The notes under the pieces were generated by a model that did no database searches, was not told the origin of the DNA, and saw only the letters and a program-made list of their open reading frames with translations. 64,000 bases of DNA from Nitrosopumilaceae archaeon (GTDB lineage Archaea > Thermoproteota > Nitrososphaeria > Nitrososphaerales > Nitrosopumilaceae), in assembly GCA_965214835.1 (NCBI GenBank), contig CBDCCK010000002.1, forward strand, positions 1,696,001-1,760,000, in the 5' to 3' direction. The position numbers were made by a program, and so were the translations under genes. This document shows positions 1 to 10,214 of this stretch, in pieces. How positions within the stretch are numbered: the first letter of the stretch is position 1; each line of letters begins with the position of its first letter.

Positions 1-1226
1 TTACCCGGGACGATACGGTTGTAGAGACCATCCGCTATCATGACTGCAAAATCGAGGACTATGGAATAGTGACAATCGATGACGACTATGAGTCATATGC
101 AGGCGGCAAGAGCGGGTTTGGGGTGCTAGACGACATAGAGTTCCTTTGCGGAGGCGTCAATTTTGAGCACCGCGAGTCTGCGCACTATGATCCAAACCTG
201 GTGACGACCTTCGAGCAGCCGTCCTGGTCCGTCTCTGAGGACGTCAGAACCTTTGTCGAGTTCGAGTTTGATCAGGGCGCGGAGCGGATCGAGTTTCCGG
301 TATTTCAGATCATCTCCGGATTCGAAGAGTCGACAAGCAGGCTGGCACCTGAGTTCAAGGTCGAGGGCCTTCTCATGGGGCATCCGCTGCTTTCAAAGGC
401 AATCGACAACGCCAGGAGGATTGGGGGAATCGCAACTGCATCCAACATTGATTTTGAGGCGACAGTCGACTTTGTTCAGGGCGGGACCAGCCTGCGTGGG
501 CTGGAGTTCCAGGACTGCCGCGTGTCTGAATATGAGATCAGGACACAGTTTGACAAGGAGGAGGGCTGGACCGGCAAGCGCGGGTTTGCCGTTACTGAGG
601 ACATACGTGTTCAGTGCCTCGGCCTTGAGGGCGCCAACCCCAGGTTCTCAGACAACTTCCCTGGCGGTTATACCTGGCAGAACCACTACCTGGACTATGC
701 GGCTCCTATGCGCGAGCACCGAATGGCCGACAACATGCAGGTACGTGCCACGTTTGACTTTGACAATGGAAGGGAGGTGTCCTACTTTCCGGAGCTTGAT
801 CAGCATAACGTCCTGGCAAGGGCCAATCCCACGTTTACCCTGACCGGACTGGTCGGCGATCACCCGCTACTGTACGAGCGCGTCGACGAGAACCTTGACA
901 TCTCATTTTCTACGGGGGCCCATAACTTCCTTGACATGTTTGGAGTGGGCGTCGAGATAATCAGGGACGATGCCGTGATCAGGGCATTCCAGTACGCTGA
1001 CTGCCGCGTCCTTGACTATGTGGTCAAGACCGAGGAGGACAACGAGGGAAGCTATTTCAAGTCGTTTGCACTGACAAACGAGTTTGACTTTGAATGCCTG
1101 GGCTATCGGCCCCTCAATCCAACGCATGATGCGCTGTTCGAATACGAAAAGCCGCAGCTGAAAAGCTCGCTTGACTATGAGGCAGAACAGCTGGCTCTTC
1201 GTCAGGTGCGGCCCCTATTTGGATAG
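1..1226 (+). CDS. Thaumarchaeal tandem-repeat protein (5'-partial), at least 3 copies of a ~135-aa beta-rich domain
   Basis: The frame is open from position 3 (TRDDTVVETIRYHDCKIEDY...). The motif (Y/F)xDC(K/R)(I/V)x(D/E)Y...F(G/A)...xCxG occurs three times. Confidence 0.75.
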   Translation, partial: TRDDTVVETIRYHDCKIEDYGIVTIDDDYESYAGGKSGFGVLDDIEFLCGGVNFEHRESAHYDPNLVTTFEQPSWSVSEDVRTFVEFEFDQGAERIEFPVFQIISGFEESTSRLAPEFKVEGLLMGHPLLSKAIDNARRIGGIATASNIDFEATVDFVQGGTSLRGLEFQDCRVSEYEIRTQFDKEEGWTGKRGFAVTEDIRVQCLGLEGANPRFSDNFPGGYTWQNHYLDYAAPMREHRMADNMQVRATFDFDNGREVSYFPELDQHNVLARANPTFTLTGLVGDHPLLYERVDENLDISFSTGAHNFLDMFGVGVEIIRDDAVIRAFQYADCRVLDYVVKTEEDNEGSYFKSFALTNEFDFECLGYRPLNPTHDALFEYEKPQLKSSLDYEAEQLALRQVRPLFG

Positions 1227-1236
1227 GCCCATCCAC

Positions 1237-2277
1237 TTATTTTTTAATTATTGACTCTATGTTCTCGTCGATAGCTGCCTCTGCTATGTCGCTTGAGTAC
1301 TCTGCGGTCCTTCTTATGTCCTCCAGGACGAACCTGATGACGCCTGCATTGCTTGTAGAGTCCTTGATCCCCGACATGATGCTTTTTTCCTTGCTGATTA
1401 CATCCTTTACCTTGTCTGCGACCCTTTCTGCCATTTGGTAGTCCTTTTTGCTCAGTGCCGTAACCGCACTGTCGAAGACCTGCAGCGCCGACTCGCTCGT
1501 ACTGATGATTTTTTTTAGCACCCTGCCGTCGATTTTTGTCTCCAGAAACTTTACACGCTTTGCAATCAGCACGGCGTGATCTGCAATCCTCTCTATCCTG
1601 CTTATGACCGTCCTGTACCCAAGACAGTTTGATGCCCTCTCCAGCCCCACATCCTGTAGCACCCTGGCATTCTCTATTGATATCACTAGGTTTCTTCGCA
1701 TGTAGAGGCTGAACCTGTCAACCTCGTCATCCATGGCTATGATCTCCTCGCTGTGTGGAACGTCGGCCTCTGCTAGCGCCTCCATGGCCTCCCTGTGCAT
1801 GTTTACAGACATCAGGTACATCCGCCTTAGCGCCGTATCAAAGGACAGCTCCGGCAGTCTTGTCAGCACCTGGACTATGATCGTCTCCGAGCTTGATTCG
1901 ACTATCTCGGTTCCAATCATTGCAGACCTGACCAGATCCCTTATCGCCCTTGCATGCCCTGCCTGGATTCTCATCCCCTTTGAGCAAATCTGGATTGACT
2001 TGTACCCCCTCAGGTACAATGCGATAATCTTTCTTTTCACCGACTCTGACGTGTCCTTTTGGCTGATCTCTATTGTCGCCTTGGTTTTAGTCTCTGCATG
2101 GCTGCTACTGCCTGGAAGCAGCGTCAGCGAGCTGTTTGGGTTCTTCAGGATAGTCATGTGCTCCCCCACGCCGACCTTTAACTCCTCGATCCAGCTCTTG
2201 GGCAGCGAGATGATGTATGTAGAGCCCCCGCTCAGCTGCAGTCTTCGCGTCTGGCTGTTTTCCAACTCCACTGGCAT
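1237..2277 (-). CDS. Phosphate uptake regulator (AbrB/SpoVT N-terminal domain plus PhoU domains)
   Basis: N-terminal RRLQLSGGSTYIISLPKSW; PhoU-like DDEVDRF and IERIADHA; divergent from the pst operon. Confidence 0.9.
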   Translation of the reverse strand: MPVELENSQTRRLQLSGGSTYIISLPKSWIEELKVGVGEHMTILKNPNSSLTLLPGSSSHAETKTKATIEISQKDTSESVKRKIIALYLRGYKSIQICSKGMRIQAGHARAIRDLVRSAMIGTEIVESSSETIIVQVLTRLPELSFDTALRRMYLMSVNMHREAMEALAEADVPHSEEIIAMDDEVDRFSLYMRRNLVISIENARVLQDVGLERASNCLGYRTVISRIERIADHAVLIAKRVKFLETKIDGRVLKKIISTSESALQVFDSAVTALSKKDYQMAERVADKVKDVISKEKSIMSGIKDSTSNAGVIRFVLEDIRRTAEYSSDIAEAAIDENIESIIKK

Positions 2278-2392
2278 GGGTTTTGTCTAGCTCTGGCCGA
2301 AATTACAATTTGGTTGGTGATCTATATAGCAATACAATCTTCGTATAAAGTATAGTCAGATCCTAGATATCGACTAGTCCTGCCGTAAAGGT

Positions 2393-3355
2393 ATGGCGGC
2401 AGTATCCCGGCGACGCAGTCCGTTGCCTGATCGCATCTTCAAGATGGGTGCCATGCTTGCAGGCGTGTTTGTCCTAGTCATGATTGTCCTGATGGTCTTC
2501 CAGCTGGCCACCGAGTCCTGGCCCATATGGGAGGAGGACGGCCTCTCGTTTATCACAAAGACCGACTGGAACGCAGTCGAGGGGCGGGAGTCTTATGGCG
2601 CGCTGCCGTACATCTTTGGGACGCTGGTAACTGCTGCCCTGGCCATGGCCATAGGCGTACCCATAAGCATTGGGATTGCAATGTTCCTCTCAGACGCGCC
2701 GCCTAGGATTGGCGCCCCGCTGGGGTTTATAGTCGAGCTGCTGGCAGCCGTGCCGAGCGTGATCTACGGGCTGTGGGGTCTGTTTATCTTCCGGGGGTTC
2801 TTCCGGGACAATATCGAGATGCCGCTTTACAGGACCTTCGGGGACACCGTATGGTTTTTGGACTCTAGGCCGTTTGGGCTCGATATCCTGTCTGCCAGCA
2901 TAATTCTGGCAATAATGATCATTCCGACCGTCTCTGCCGTGTCCCGGGAGATAATGAAGGCGGTTCCACAGCAGCAAAAGGAGGCCGCATACATGCTGGG
3001 TGCCACAAAGTGGGAGATGTTCAAACTGGCGGTGTTTCCATACTCCAAGACCGGCCTGATCGGGGCCTCCATCCTGGGGCTGGGACGTGCCGTCGGCGAG
3101 ACCATGGCAGTCACCATGCTGATTGGCAACGCAATCGGGGCAAGGGCCATCGTGGATACGATATTCAGCCCGGGCCAGTCCATTGCAAGCCTGCTTGCAA
3201 ACGAGTTTGCAGAGGCGACCCCCGGGACACTGCAGGTTCCGGCACTGCTCGGACTGGCGCTGATACTACTCGGGCTTGCGATGGGAATCAATGTCGTCGC
3301 ACACGTGCTTGTCACCAGAATGCTAAAGGTAAAGGAGGGCGCAATAAACAATTGA
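2393..3355 (+). CDS. pstC: Phosphate ABC transporter permease PstC
   Basis: ELLAAVPSVIYGLWG and GRAVGETMAV motifs. Confidence 0.95.
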   Translation: MAAVSRRRSPLPDRIFKMGAMLAGVFVLVMIVLMVFQLATESWPIWEEDGLSFITKTDWNAVEGRESYGALPYIFGTLVTAALAMAIGVPISIGIAMFLSDAPPRIGAPLGFIVELLAAVPSVIYGLWGLFIFRGFFRDNIEMPLYRTFGDTVWFLDSRPFGLDILSASIILAIMIIPTVSAVSREIMKAVPQQQKEAAYMLGATKWEMFKLAVFPYSKTGLIGASILGLGRAVGETMAVTMLIGNAIGARAIVDTIFSPGQSIASLLANEFAEATPGTLQVPALLGLALILLGLAMGINVVAHVLVTRMLKVKEGAINN

Positions 3356-4281
3356 CTGATCAGGTGCGGCGGCAGTTCTACCGCTCGCTGTTTCGGCAAA
3401 ACGTAAGGAATCGGCTGGTTGTCGACAAAATAGTCCGGTCGATAATCTTTGCATCCGTAGTAATCGCAATCATTCCCCTGGGCAGCATTCTCGTAGAGGT
3501 CGTTCAAAACGGCATAGCCGCGCTCAGCATTGAATTCCTGACTGCAATCCCGGGGGCTGCCGGCAGCGGAGAGGGCGGGATCGGGCCTGCAATCCAGGGC
3601 ACCTTCATAGTGGTGGGCATGGCCAGCCTTATCGGCGTGCCCATAGGCGTCATGTCGGGCATATTTCTTGCAGAGTTTGGCGACAACAGGCTTGGAAGGA
3701 TAGTGCGGTTCTTCAACGATGTATTCATGGAGTTTCCCTCCATAGTGATCGGAATCTTCGCGTTTTTGCTGATAGTCCTGCTGCTTGGACACTTTTCAAT
3801 CTGGGCGGGGGCCTTTGCACTTGCGCTAATAATGTTCCCCATAGTCGCCAGGACTACAGAAGAGTCCCTCAAGATGGTGCCATATACGTACAGGGAGGCA
3901 GGAGTCGCACTGGGCCTCCAGCGATGGGTGATCACCACCCGCGTTGTGATCTCTGCTGCAAAAAGCGGGATGATCACCGGAATACTCTTGGCAGTGTCAA
4001 GAATAAGCGGCGAGACTGCACCCCTGCTCTTTACGATACTGGGCAGCAGCCAGTTCTTTGGCGGATTCAACGTCCCCATGGACGCGCTGCCTCTGAGGAT
4101 CTGGGTAATGTCGCTGCTTCCATACGAGCAGGCCCAGCTGCACGGATGGGGCGCCGCACTGATCCTGATCTTCATCATAATGTGCATCAATCTGGCAGTG
4201 CGCTTCTTTGTGCTGGGCGACAACTCCAGATTCGGCGCCGCGGGCAGAATAGTTTTTCTTAGGGCGATGGGAAGAAGATGA
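3352..4281 (+). CDS. pstA: Phosphate ABC transporter permease PstA
   Basis: PSIVIGIF and RISGETAPL motifs; probable TTG start at 3352 overlapping the pstC stop. Confidence 0.93.
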   Translation: MTDQVRRQFYRSLFRQNVRNRLVVDKIVRSIIFASVVIAIIPLGSILVEVVQNGIAALSIEFLTAIPGAAGSGEGGIGPAIQGTFIVVGMASLIGVPIGVMSGIFLAEFGDNRLGRIVRFFNDVFMEFPSIVIGIFAFLLIVLLLGHFSIWAGAFALALIMFPIVARTTEESLKMVPYTYREAGVALGLQRWVITTRVVISAAKSGMITGILLAVSRISGETAPLLFTILGSSQFFGGFNVPMDALPLRIWVMSLLPYEQAQLHGWGAALILIFIIMCINLAVRFFVLGDNSRFGAAGRIVFLRAMGRR

Positions 4282-5129
4282 TGTCATTGAAGGCAGAAAC
4301 CCAGACACTTGATCCCAGGACAGTAGAGTCCAGCCCGTCACTGAACAACGGCTCATCGAGTGCAGACGGGGCCAGATACAAGATGATCGCAGAAAACGTC
4401 ACCGTATCCTACGGCGGCATCGCCGCAGTCAGGGACGTTACCATGAAGTTCAAGGAGCGTTCCGTGACTGCGCTGATCGGGCCGTCCGGATGCGGCAAAA
4501 CCACCTTCCTCCGGTGCCTGAACAGGATGCATGACATGACAAAAAACGCGACGGTGGACGGCAAGGTAATGATTGACAACATCGACCTGTACTCCAAGGA
4601 GATCGATCCAATCTACCACAGGCGCAAGGTGGGCATGGTATTCCAAAAGCCAAACCCGTTCCCGACAATGTCGATCTATGACAACGTCACCGCGGGCCTG
4701 AGGCTAAACGGGATCCGGGACAAAAAAATCCTGGACGAGATAGTCGAGGACTCACTCAGGATGGCCTACCTATGGGACGAGGTAAAAGACGACCTGAAAA
4801 AGTCTGCCATCGAGCTGTCCGGCGGCCAGCAGCAGAGGCTCTGCATTGCAAGGGCTCTGGCCATCCAGCCCGAGGTCCTGCTGATGGACGAGCCCGCGTC
4901 TGCCCTTGATCCGATTGCAACCCAGAAGATCGAGGAGACTATCACCGAGCTCAAAAAGGACTTTACGATAATCATAGTAACTCACAACATGCAGCAGGCC
5001 GTCAGGGTTTCTGACTATACCGGGTTCATGTATCTTGGCGACCTGATCGAGTTCAGGGAGACAAAAAAACTCTTCACGGATCCAAAGCATGAGTTGACTG
5101 CAAAATACGTCCAGGGTCAGTTCGGCTAG
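4278..5129 (+). CDS. pstB: Phosphate ABC transporter ATPase PstB
   Basis: [43 protein letters not shown]. Confidence 0.97.
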   Translation: MMSLKAETQTLDPRTVESSPSLNNGSSSADGARYKMIAENVTVSYGGIAAVRDVTMKFKERSVTALIGPSGCGKTTFLRCLNRMHDMTKNATVDGKVMIDNIDLYSKEIDPIYHRRKVGMVFQKPNPFPTMSIYDNVTAGLRLNGIRDKKILDEIVEDSLRMAYLWDEVKDDLKKSAIELSGGQQQRLCIARALAIQPEVLLMDEPASALDPIATQKIEETITELKKDFTIIIVTHNMQQAVRVSDYTGFMYLGDLIEFRETKKLFTDPKHELTAKYVQGQFG

Positions 5130-5795
5130 ATGGCGCGTCTGATTGACGAGTCCCTGCAAAAGCTGTCCTTTATCATGGCAGAGATGGGCGACATGGTAAT
5201 CGAGTCAATATCACTTGCGGTGGATTCGTACCTTGACGGGACCAACACCAAGGACAAGGTCCACTCCCTCTCTGATGCGATACGCGAAAAATACTTTGAG
5301 GTCGAGGATCTGACCTTTGACATGCTGCTAAAGTTCCAGCCGGTAGCCGACGACTTTAGGTTCATCCGCTCATCGACTGAGATCTCTTATGCCTTTTCCA
5401 GGTTCGGCCGGTATGCATACGACATAACCCTGGTCCGGGACTCGTTTGGCGACGTAACAGAGTGCAAGAACGCCTCGCTTGTAGAGTCCTCAAAGAAGGT
5501 CAAGCACATGATCAAGGACGCGGTTCTGTCCTTTGCCGAGCTAGACGTGCGCAAGGCAGTCAAAATACGCGAGGATGAGGAGTTTATCGACAAGATCTAC
5601 CGCGACCGCCTTCCAAGACTCATAGAGTCAAACAATACAAGGTGCGCCCTGGCAGAGGCGCTTTTACTGAGATATCTTGAGAGAATCGGCGATCATGCCG
5701 TATTCATGAGTGATGCGATAAACTATATCGTGACCGGCAAGCACAGGCCAAGCGAGGAGCGCATCGCGTCGCACACCAAGGACCGGGCGCCCTGA
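5130..5795 (+). CDS. phoU: Phosphate signalling protein PhoU
   Basis: QPVADDFR and RYLERIGDHA motifs; directly follows pstB. Confidence 0.92.
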   Translation: MARLIDESLQKLSFIMAEMGDMVIESISLAVDSYLDGTNTKDKVHSLSDAIREKYFEVEDLTFDMLLKFQPVADDFRFIRSSTEISYAFSRFGRYAYDITLVRDSFGDVTECKNASLVESSKKVKHMIKDAVLSFAELDVRKAVKIREDEEFIDKIYRDRLPRLIESNNTRCALAEALLLRYLERIGDHAVFMSDAINYIVTGKHRPSEERIASHTKDRAP

Positions 5796-5995
5796 TTGCC
5801 TGCACGGCCGCCGGCGCCCCTGTCCGCCCGGGGAACAGGCTGACAGGCATCGCCCCGATGCACCCCATGTATGCGGCTCGATGCAGGCCAGCTTGTGCTG
5901 TGGTGGATCTGTGACGCCGGCAGGCCGGAGCCGTATCAGAGGCCCAGCGGATGGATGTTCGCCTACGTCTGTGATCTCTGGCAGCCAACATCTGA

Positions 5996-6220
5996 TCAAG
6001 TACCGAACTCCGAGCCGATCCACTCAAAGACTGGTACATTGGAATGGGGAAAATGTTCTAGCTTGCCGTGTTCGCGCTTGCTCATATATGCCATTGCAAT
6101 CGTAACATAGCCGATCACGTCCTTTTTCTTGTATGCGAAAAGCCACGTCTGGCCAATTTTATTGGCCTGATCATCAAAAGCCCCTTTTTCAAGTAATCTG
6201 CGTACTGCTGCTTGCGGCAT
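5996..6220 (-). pseudogene. Truncated GNAT acetyltransferase (AtaT/TacT toxin-like) fragment
   Basis: GQTWLF...VIGYVTIAM...FPHSNVP resembles the N-terminal half of GNAT toxins; the acetyl-CoA motif is missing. Confidence 0.5.
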
Positions 6221-6323
6221 TTGAAGAGATTCAGATCAAAACTGATCCTGTCCAATCTATGAATGTGTACGTCCTTGTGAAAATTAGTTGAAAAGATGGG
6301 AAATTAGATGCTGTCTGGCTATC

Positions 6324-6656
6324 TATAGCAACGAGCAGAAGTCTTTGAGCCAAAACAGGGTTCATTCGAAAGGTATGATGATCGCATAACCGGCATAGTG
6401 GGCATGGCAAAAGAAACAGACGGCCTGTCAGAGGTCATGCGCAAAGAAAAGGATGCCAAAGTCTACAAAAAGATCATGGCGTTGACGTCTGTGCCAGAAG
6501 ACGACGTAGGCGTGCCCGAGACCGCAAGAAGGGATCCGGTGCAGCGAGAATTCCGTGCGCAACTGGCTGGCGAGGTTTTCGGAGGACGGCATAGACGGCC
6601 TCCGGGATCTTCCCCGTTCCGGATGCAGGCCAGGGGCGGACAGAAAAAGGATTGCC
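6324..6656 (+). mobile_element. IS630-family left-end remnant (truncated, frameshifted transposase HTH)
   Basis: Near-identical to the first ~310 bp of the IS630 at 35656 (TATAGCAACGAGCAGAAGTCTTTGAGCC...); ends at a MITE. Confidence 0.9.
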
Positions 6657-6768
6657 GGTAACAGGTCAGACTCTGGAAGCTGCTCCTGATTTTAGGCACG
6701 AATCTACGTGGGAGGCCTCCCAGAGATGGCAAAATTCACGCCTGAACTTCCAGAGCCCGAGCTGTTAC
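6657..6768. mobile_element. ~110-bp MITE, GGTAACAG family (copy A)
   Basis: Ends GTAACAGGTCAGACTCTGGAAG / CTTCCAGAGCCCGAGCTGTTAC are imperfect inverted repeats; related copies at 38398, 51382, 52505 and 35146. Confidence 0.8.
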
Positions 6769-6817
6769 AAAAAAAGACTGTTTAAATTAAGGTATTATCA
6801 AGGTTGATTGAAAGAAA

Positions 6818-7018
6818 ATGACTACAGAAAACGAGCTTATACTCAAGGAGATCAGGGAACTAAAGGAGCAGGTCAGCCTGAACTGTAGCAAGTTGGACAC
6901 AATTGATAAAAAAATATCCGAGATGCAGGAGCAGGTAAACAGCTTTTACACCGCCTTTGGTAGGGAGATAAACAGGATAGAGAGCCATCTGAAAATGGTT
7001 CCATACCGGCCAGAATAG
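6818..7018 (+). CDS. Small coiled-coil hypothetical protein (66 aa)
   Basis: ATG start, heptad pattern, AT-rich upstream region (TTTAAATTAA). Confidence 0.6.
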   Translation: MTTENELILKEIRELKEQVSLNCSKLDTIDKKISEMQEQVNSFYTAFGREINRIESHLKMVPYRPE

Positions 7019-7071
7019 CAATATCCAAGCTGAAGATAACCGGTATTATCCTTGGGGTAATAATAGTAATT

Positions 7072-7164
7072 GTACGAGGTCACCTACCATCATCAGTTAG
7101 GCATGAATTAACATGAATGATTGTGATCCTCGTGCCTAGCTAGCAAGGGGACGTGACCACATAC
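7072..7164. mobile_element. 93-bp MITE derived from the IS66-family element
   Basis: Ends GTACGAGGTCACCTACC / GTGACCACATAC match the IS66 ends at 33333/34967; flanked by an 8-bp TSD, TAGTAATT. Confidence 0.9.
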
Positions 7165-7172
7165 TAGTAATT

Positions 7173-8420
7173 TGGTTCATGCAGCTAAGTGAAAAGTACT
7201 CCAGATCCTGCGTCATGGAGGGGGCTTGGGCTCCCTGATATAGATCCCCATGCACTCCTTGAACACCAGCATCGTCATGACATTCTGCACCCCGGGCCCC
7301 TCGCTGAGCAGCGCCCTGGCAATTATCCACTCGCTGAACAGTATCATCGAGTAGTAAAAGCACCATGGCGGCCAGGTCGACGGTCCGGGTCTTGGCCCTG
7401 CACTCCTCTAGCTTGGCGTATCCGGTCTCTATGCCCACCTTGACGAGTACAGCTCGATCTTGATCCTAGGACAGTTCGTTGCAAACCCGATGAACTTTTT
7501 CTCCGGCTTTTCCTCCCCTGCCGCGTCTGTCTTCTTGTCTCCATTCCCGGACTTTTTTCTCTTCGTTATTGCCATGAAATACGCAGCCGAGTCGGTATTG
7601 TTCTCGATTATATTTTTGGATACTGCGGGCCTGTCCTTGTGTGCAAACTCGTTGAGTGCTGCGACCACGTTGCCCGTGTTCCTGCACGGCATCAGGAACT
7701 TTACCCCCCTCTCCTGCAGCATGGCAATCACCTCGACTGAGAACTCGCGGTCAAGCAGCAGGAGGCGCACCTTGATGCCGGCCCGCTCAAGCCGGTCAGG
7801 GATCAAACCGGCCGATTCAGGCACGGAATCGAGCCTTTTTACGTACAGTCCGCCCAGGGTCAGGCGCAGCCCGTCGTCGACGCACTGTACGGTGATGTAC
7901 CGCTCGACGTATGTGGTTCCGTCCTTCTTCTTGGAGCGCGACAGGTTCTCGTCGGGCCTTCTGTCATAGCGGGAGATCTTGTGTATGTCCATTGCTATTG
8001 TCAGCCCCCTCTTGGGAATCCTTTTGACCCTGCCCAGTCTTTCACACTGCCGTTTTATCTGCGCAAGGCCTCCTGCACGGCCTCCGGGTTGGTCGCCTTG
8101 AGATTGTAGGCATGCCACCTAGCAGAGGGACCAGCTCCGCTTGTACGCGTCGCGGCGTTGATGCATCCTCCCACCGATGCGTCCCAGAAGGCGCCGCACA
8201 CCATTCCGCGGCTCAGGTCGTCGATCCCGTATGTGGCGTTGTGTTTCCCGGACATTCTGACGCAGGAGAACATGTTCCTTCCGCCATCTGCAACATGTTC
8301 ACATATGCGCGGGTTGTTGTCAAGATCGCGACACTGTCTGGATTTTTGTTTTCTCAACGAAAACCACGGGGCCGCACCCCGACTGATCCGCTTGCATCTG
8401 TCAGTGTTGTCAAGACGGTC
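7173..8420 (-). pseudogene. ISH3-like (IS4 superfamily) transposase, frameshifted into three pieces
   Basis: Pieces carry TIAMDIH, LLLLDREFSVEVI, FLMP, YSSRW and GIETGY (W-G-I-E-T-x-Y), spread over ORFs 8055-8441, 7429-8118 and 7136-7438. Confidence 0.75.
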
Positions 8421-8429
8421 TAAATTTCT

Positions 8430-8521
8430 GTACGAGGTCACCTACCCTCATCAGTTAGGCATGAATCAGATGCATGATTGTGATTTTCGTGCCTAGCTAG
8501 CAAGGGGGCGTGATCACATAC
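8430..8521. mobile_element. Second IS66-derived MITE (92 bp)
   Basis: Highly similar to 7072-7164 and in the same orientation; no TSD visible. Confidence 0.85.
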
Positions 8522-8829
8522 AGGGACAGGATGGTCGCAGTACACATGGCCTGCGTGAGAAAGTGCAGCCTTGGAAAGACACAGGCCTCCTCATAATGTC
8601 AATCGGCTGGGCACACAAATGGGTGAAGCGCTTAGAAGGAAGGCATAGAGGCCCTTCGGCTTTACCTTGGGCGACCTATCGGCGTGCGGTCGATCCTAGC
8701 CCAGCGCCACTCTTCTTGAAGCGCCGCACCAAGCGGCATATCCGGCCTGGCCGGAGTCGTTTCGAGTGGAGCCGTTTTACTGGACGCTTTTGGGAAGACT
8801 GTATATACAGACTATTTCCGGCATTGTAC

Positions 8830-9915
8830 ATGGATATTTTGGGGCTAATACAGGACAATCTTCTCACGCCGATCATCCTGTTCTTCCTGTTTGGCATTAT
8901 TGCAGCCAGGATAAAGTCTGACCTGAGAATACCTGCGGCAATCTCGGAGTTTCTGCCCATCTATCTTCTTGCCGCAATCGGCATTCACGGCGGAATCGAG
9001 ATGCGAAGCACCGGGTTTGAAAACATGCTTATCCCGATGCTTGCCGCAATCGGACTCTCCCTGCTCTTTACGATGAACCACTATCAGATTCTGCGCCGGC
9101 TGGGGAAATTCAACCTCTTTGACTCCTACGCGCTTGCCTCGACCTATGGCGCGGTGGGGGCCGTGCACTTTTCTGTGGGGCTGTCCTTTTTGAGGAACCA
9201 GGGGGTAAGCTCCGAGGGATACATTGCGGCAATCCTTGCGGTGCTAGAGCCGCTTGCGTTCATCTTGGCGATATTTATGACAAACATGGCAGTGGCAAGG
9301 CAGATCAAGGCAAAGAGGCGCCCCTTTGCCGATTCCGGCCCTGCCGACGTCGATCTCGGGCTGGATCAAACCAAGACAAAGCTGTCCCGGGTGCTGCACG
9401 AGTCCATTACCGGAAAGGCAATCGTAATCCTCCTTGGCAGCATCGTGATAGGCTACATCATAGGCAAGGACGGCTTTGAGCCGATCAAGATCGTATTTGA
9501 CGACATGTTTACCGGGGCGATAGTGATCTTCATGATTGAGATGGGCATAATCGCAGGCCACAGGCTCGATGACATCAAAAGGGTGGGCGTATTTCTTACC
9601 GCATTTGCCATAGCCGTACCCCTATTCAACGGAACCATCGGCGTCCTGGTCTCCACCGCACTGGGGCTGAGCATAGGAGGGGCAGTCATGTTCGGACTGC
9701 TGATGGCCAGCGCCTCGTTTATCGCAGCTCCTGCGGTCTTGCGCCACGCCATACCGCAGGCAAAGCCGAGCCTGTACATAACGTCTGCCCTGGGAATAAC
9801 GTTCCCGTTTAACATAATCATCACCCTGCCGGTCCTCTTTACGATATCGACGTTTGTCCATGCCGGAGAGGGGACGATAAACTTATTCAACCTCGTTGCG
9901 GGGGGTTTACAATGA
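8830..9915 (+). CDS. sbtA: Sodium-dependent bicarbonate transporter SbtA
   Basis: KSDLRIP, IYLLAAIGxHGG, ASASFIAAPA, LGITFPFNI; probable ATG at 8830. Confidence 0.9.
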   Translation: MDILGLIQDNLLTPIILFFLFGIIAARIKSDLRIPAAISEFLPIYLLAAIGIHGGIEMRSTGFENMLIPMLAAIGLSLLFTMNHYQILRRLGKFNLFDSYALASTYGAVGAVHFSVGLSFLRNQGVSSEGYIAAILAVLEPLAFILAIFMTNMAVARQIKAKRRPFADSGPADVDLGLDQTKTKLSRVLHESITGKAIVILLGSIVIGYIIGKDGFEPIKIVFDDMFTGAIVIFMIEMGIIAGHRLDDIKRVGVFLTAFAIAVPLFNGTIGVLVSTALGLSIGGAVMFGLLMASASFIAAPAVLRHAIPQAKPSLYITSALGITFPFNIIITLPVLFTISTFVHAGEGTINLFNLVAGGLQ

Positions 9916-10214
9916 AGTTATACGGCGCCAAGCTGCTTGCCGTCACCTGCGAGATTCTGGCCCGGGAGAGCGTCATCGACATCCTCAAAAAGCATGGCAT
10001 CACAGGATATACGACCTATGAGGTAGACGGGAGGGGCGCACGCGGCCTGCGCGGACAGGGACTCAAAAACGAAAGGAACGTCAAGGTCGAGGCAATCATG
10101 AGAGAAGAAAGCCTGTCCGGCGTGGTGGAGGAGATATCCCGAACCCTCTTTGCAAACTTTGCCGTCGTGCTTTATGTCAGCGACGTCGGGGTGCTGCGGC
10201 CCGAAAAATTCTAG
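9912..10214 (+). CDS. sbtB: PII-like regulator SbtB
   Basis: GITGYTTYEVDGRGARG, NVKVE, VLRPEKF; overlaps the sbtA stop. Confidence 0.85.
   Translation: MKLYGAKLLAVTCEILARESVIDILKKHGITGYTTYEVDGRGARGLRGQGLKNERNVKVEAIMREESLSGVVEEISRTLFANFAVVLYVSDVGVLRPEKF

Noticed and set aside
2827-4223. Long antisense ORFs over pstC/pstA (and similar ones over hem, suf and transposase genes)
   Set aside because: They overlap well-supported genes on the opposite strand, as expected from codon bias at this GC content.
8563-8829. N-terminal extension of SbtA
   Set aside because: It looks like an IS630 HTH remnant (WAHKWVKR); the transporter-like sequence begins at ATG 8830.
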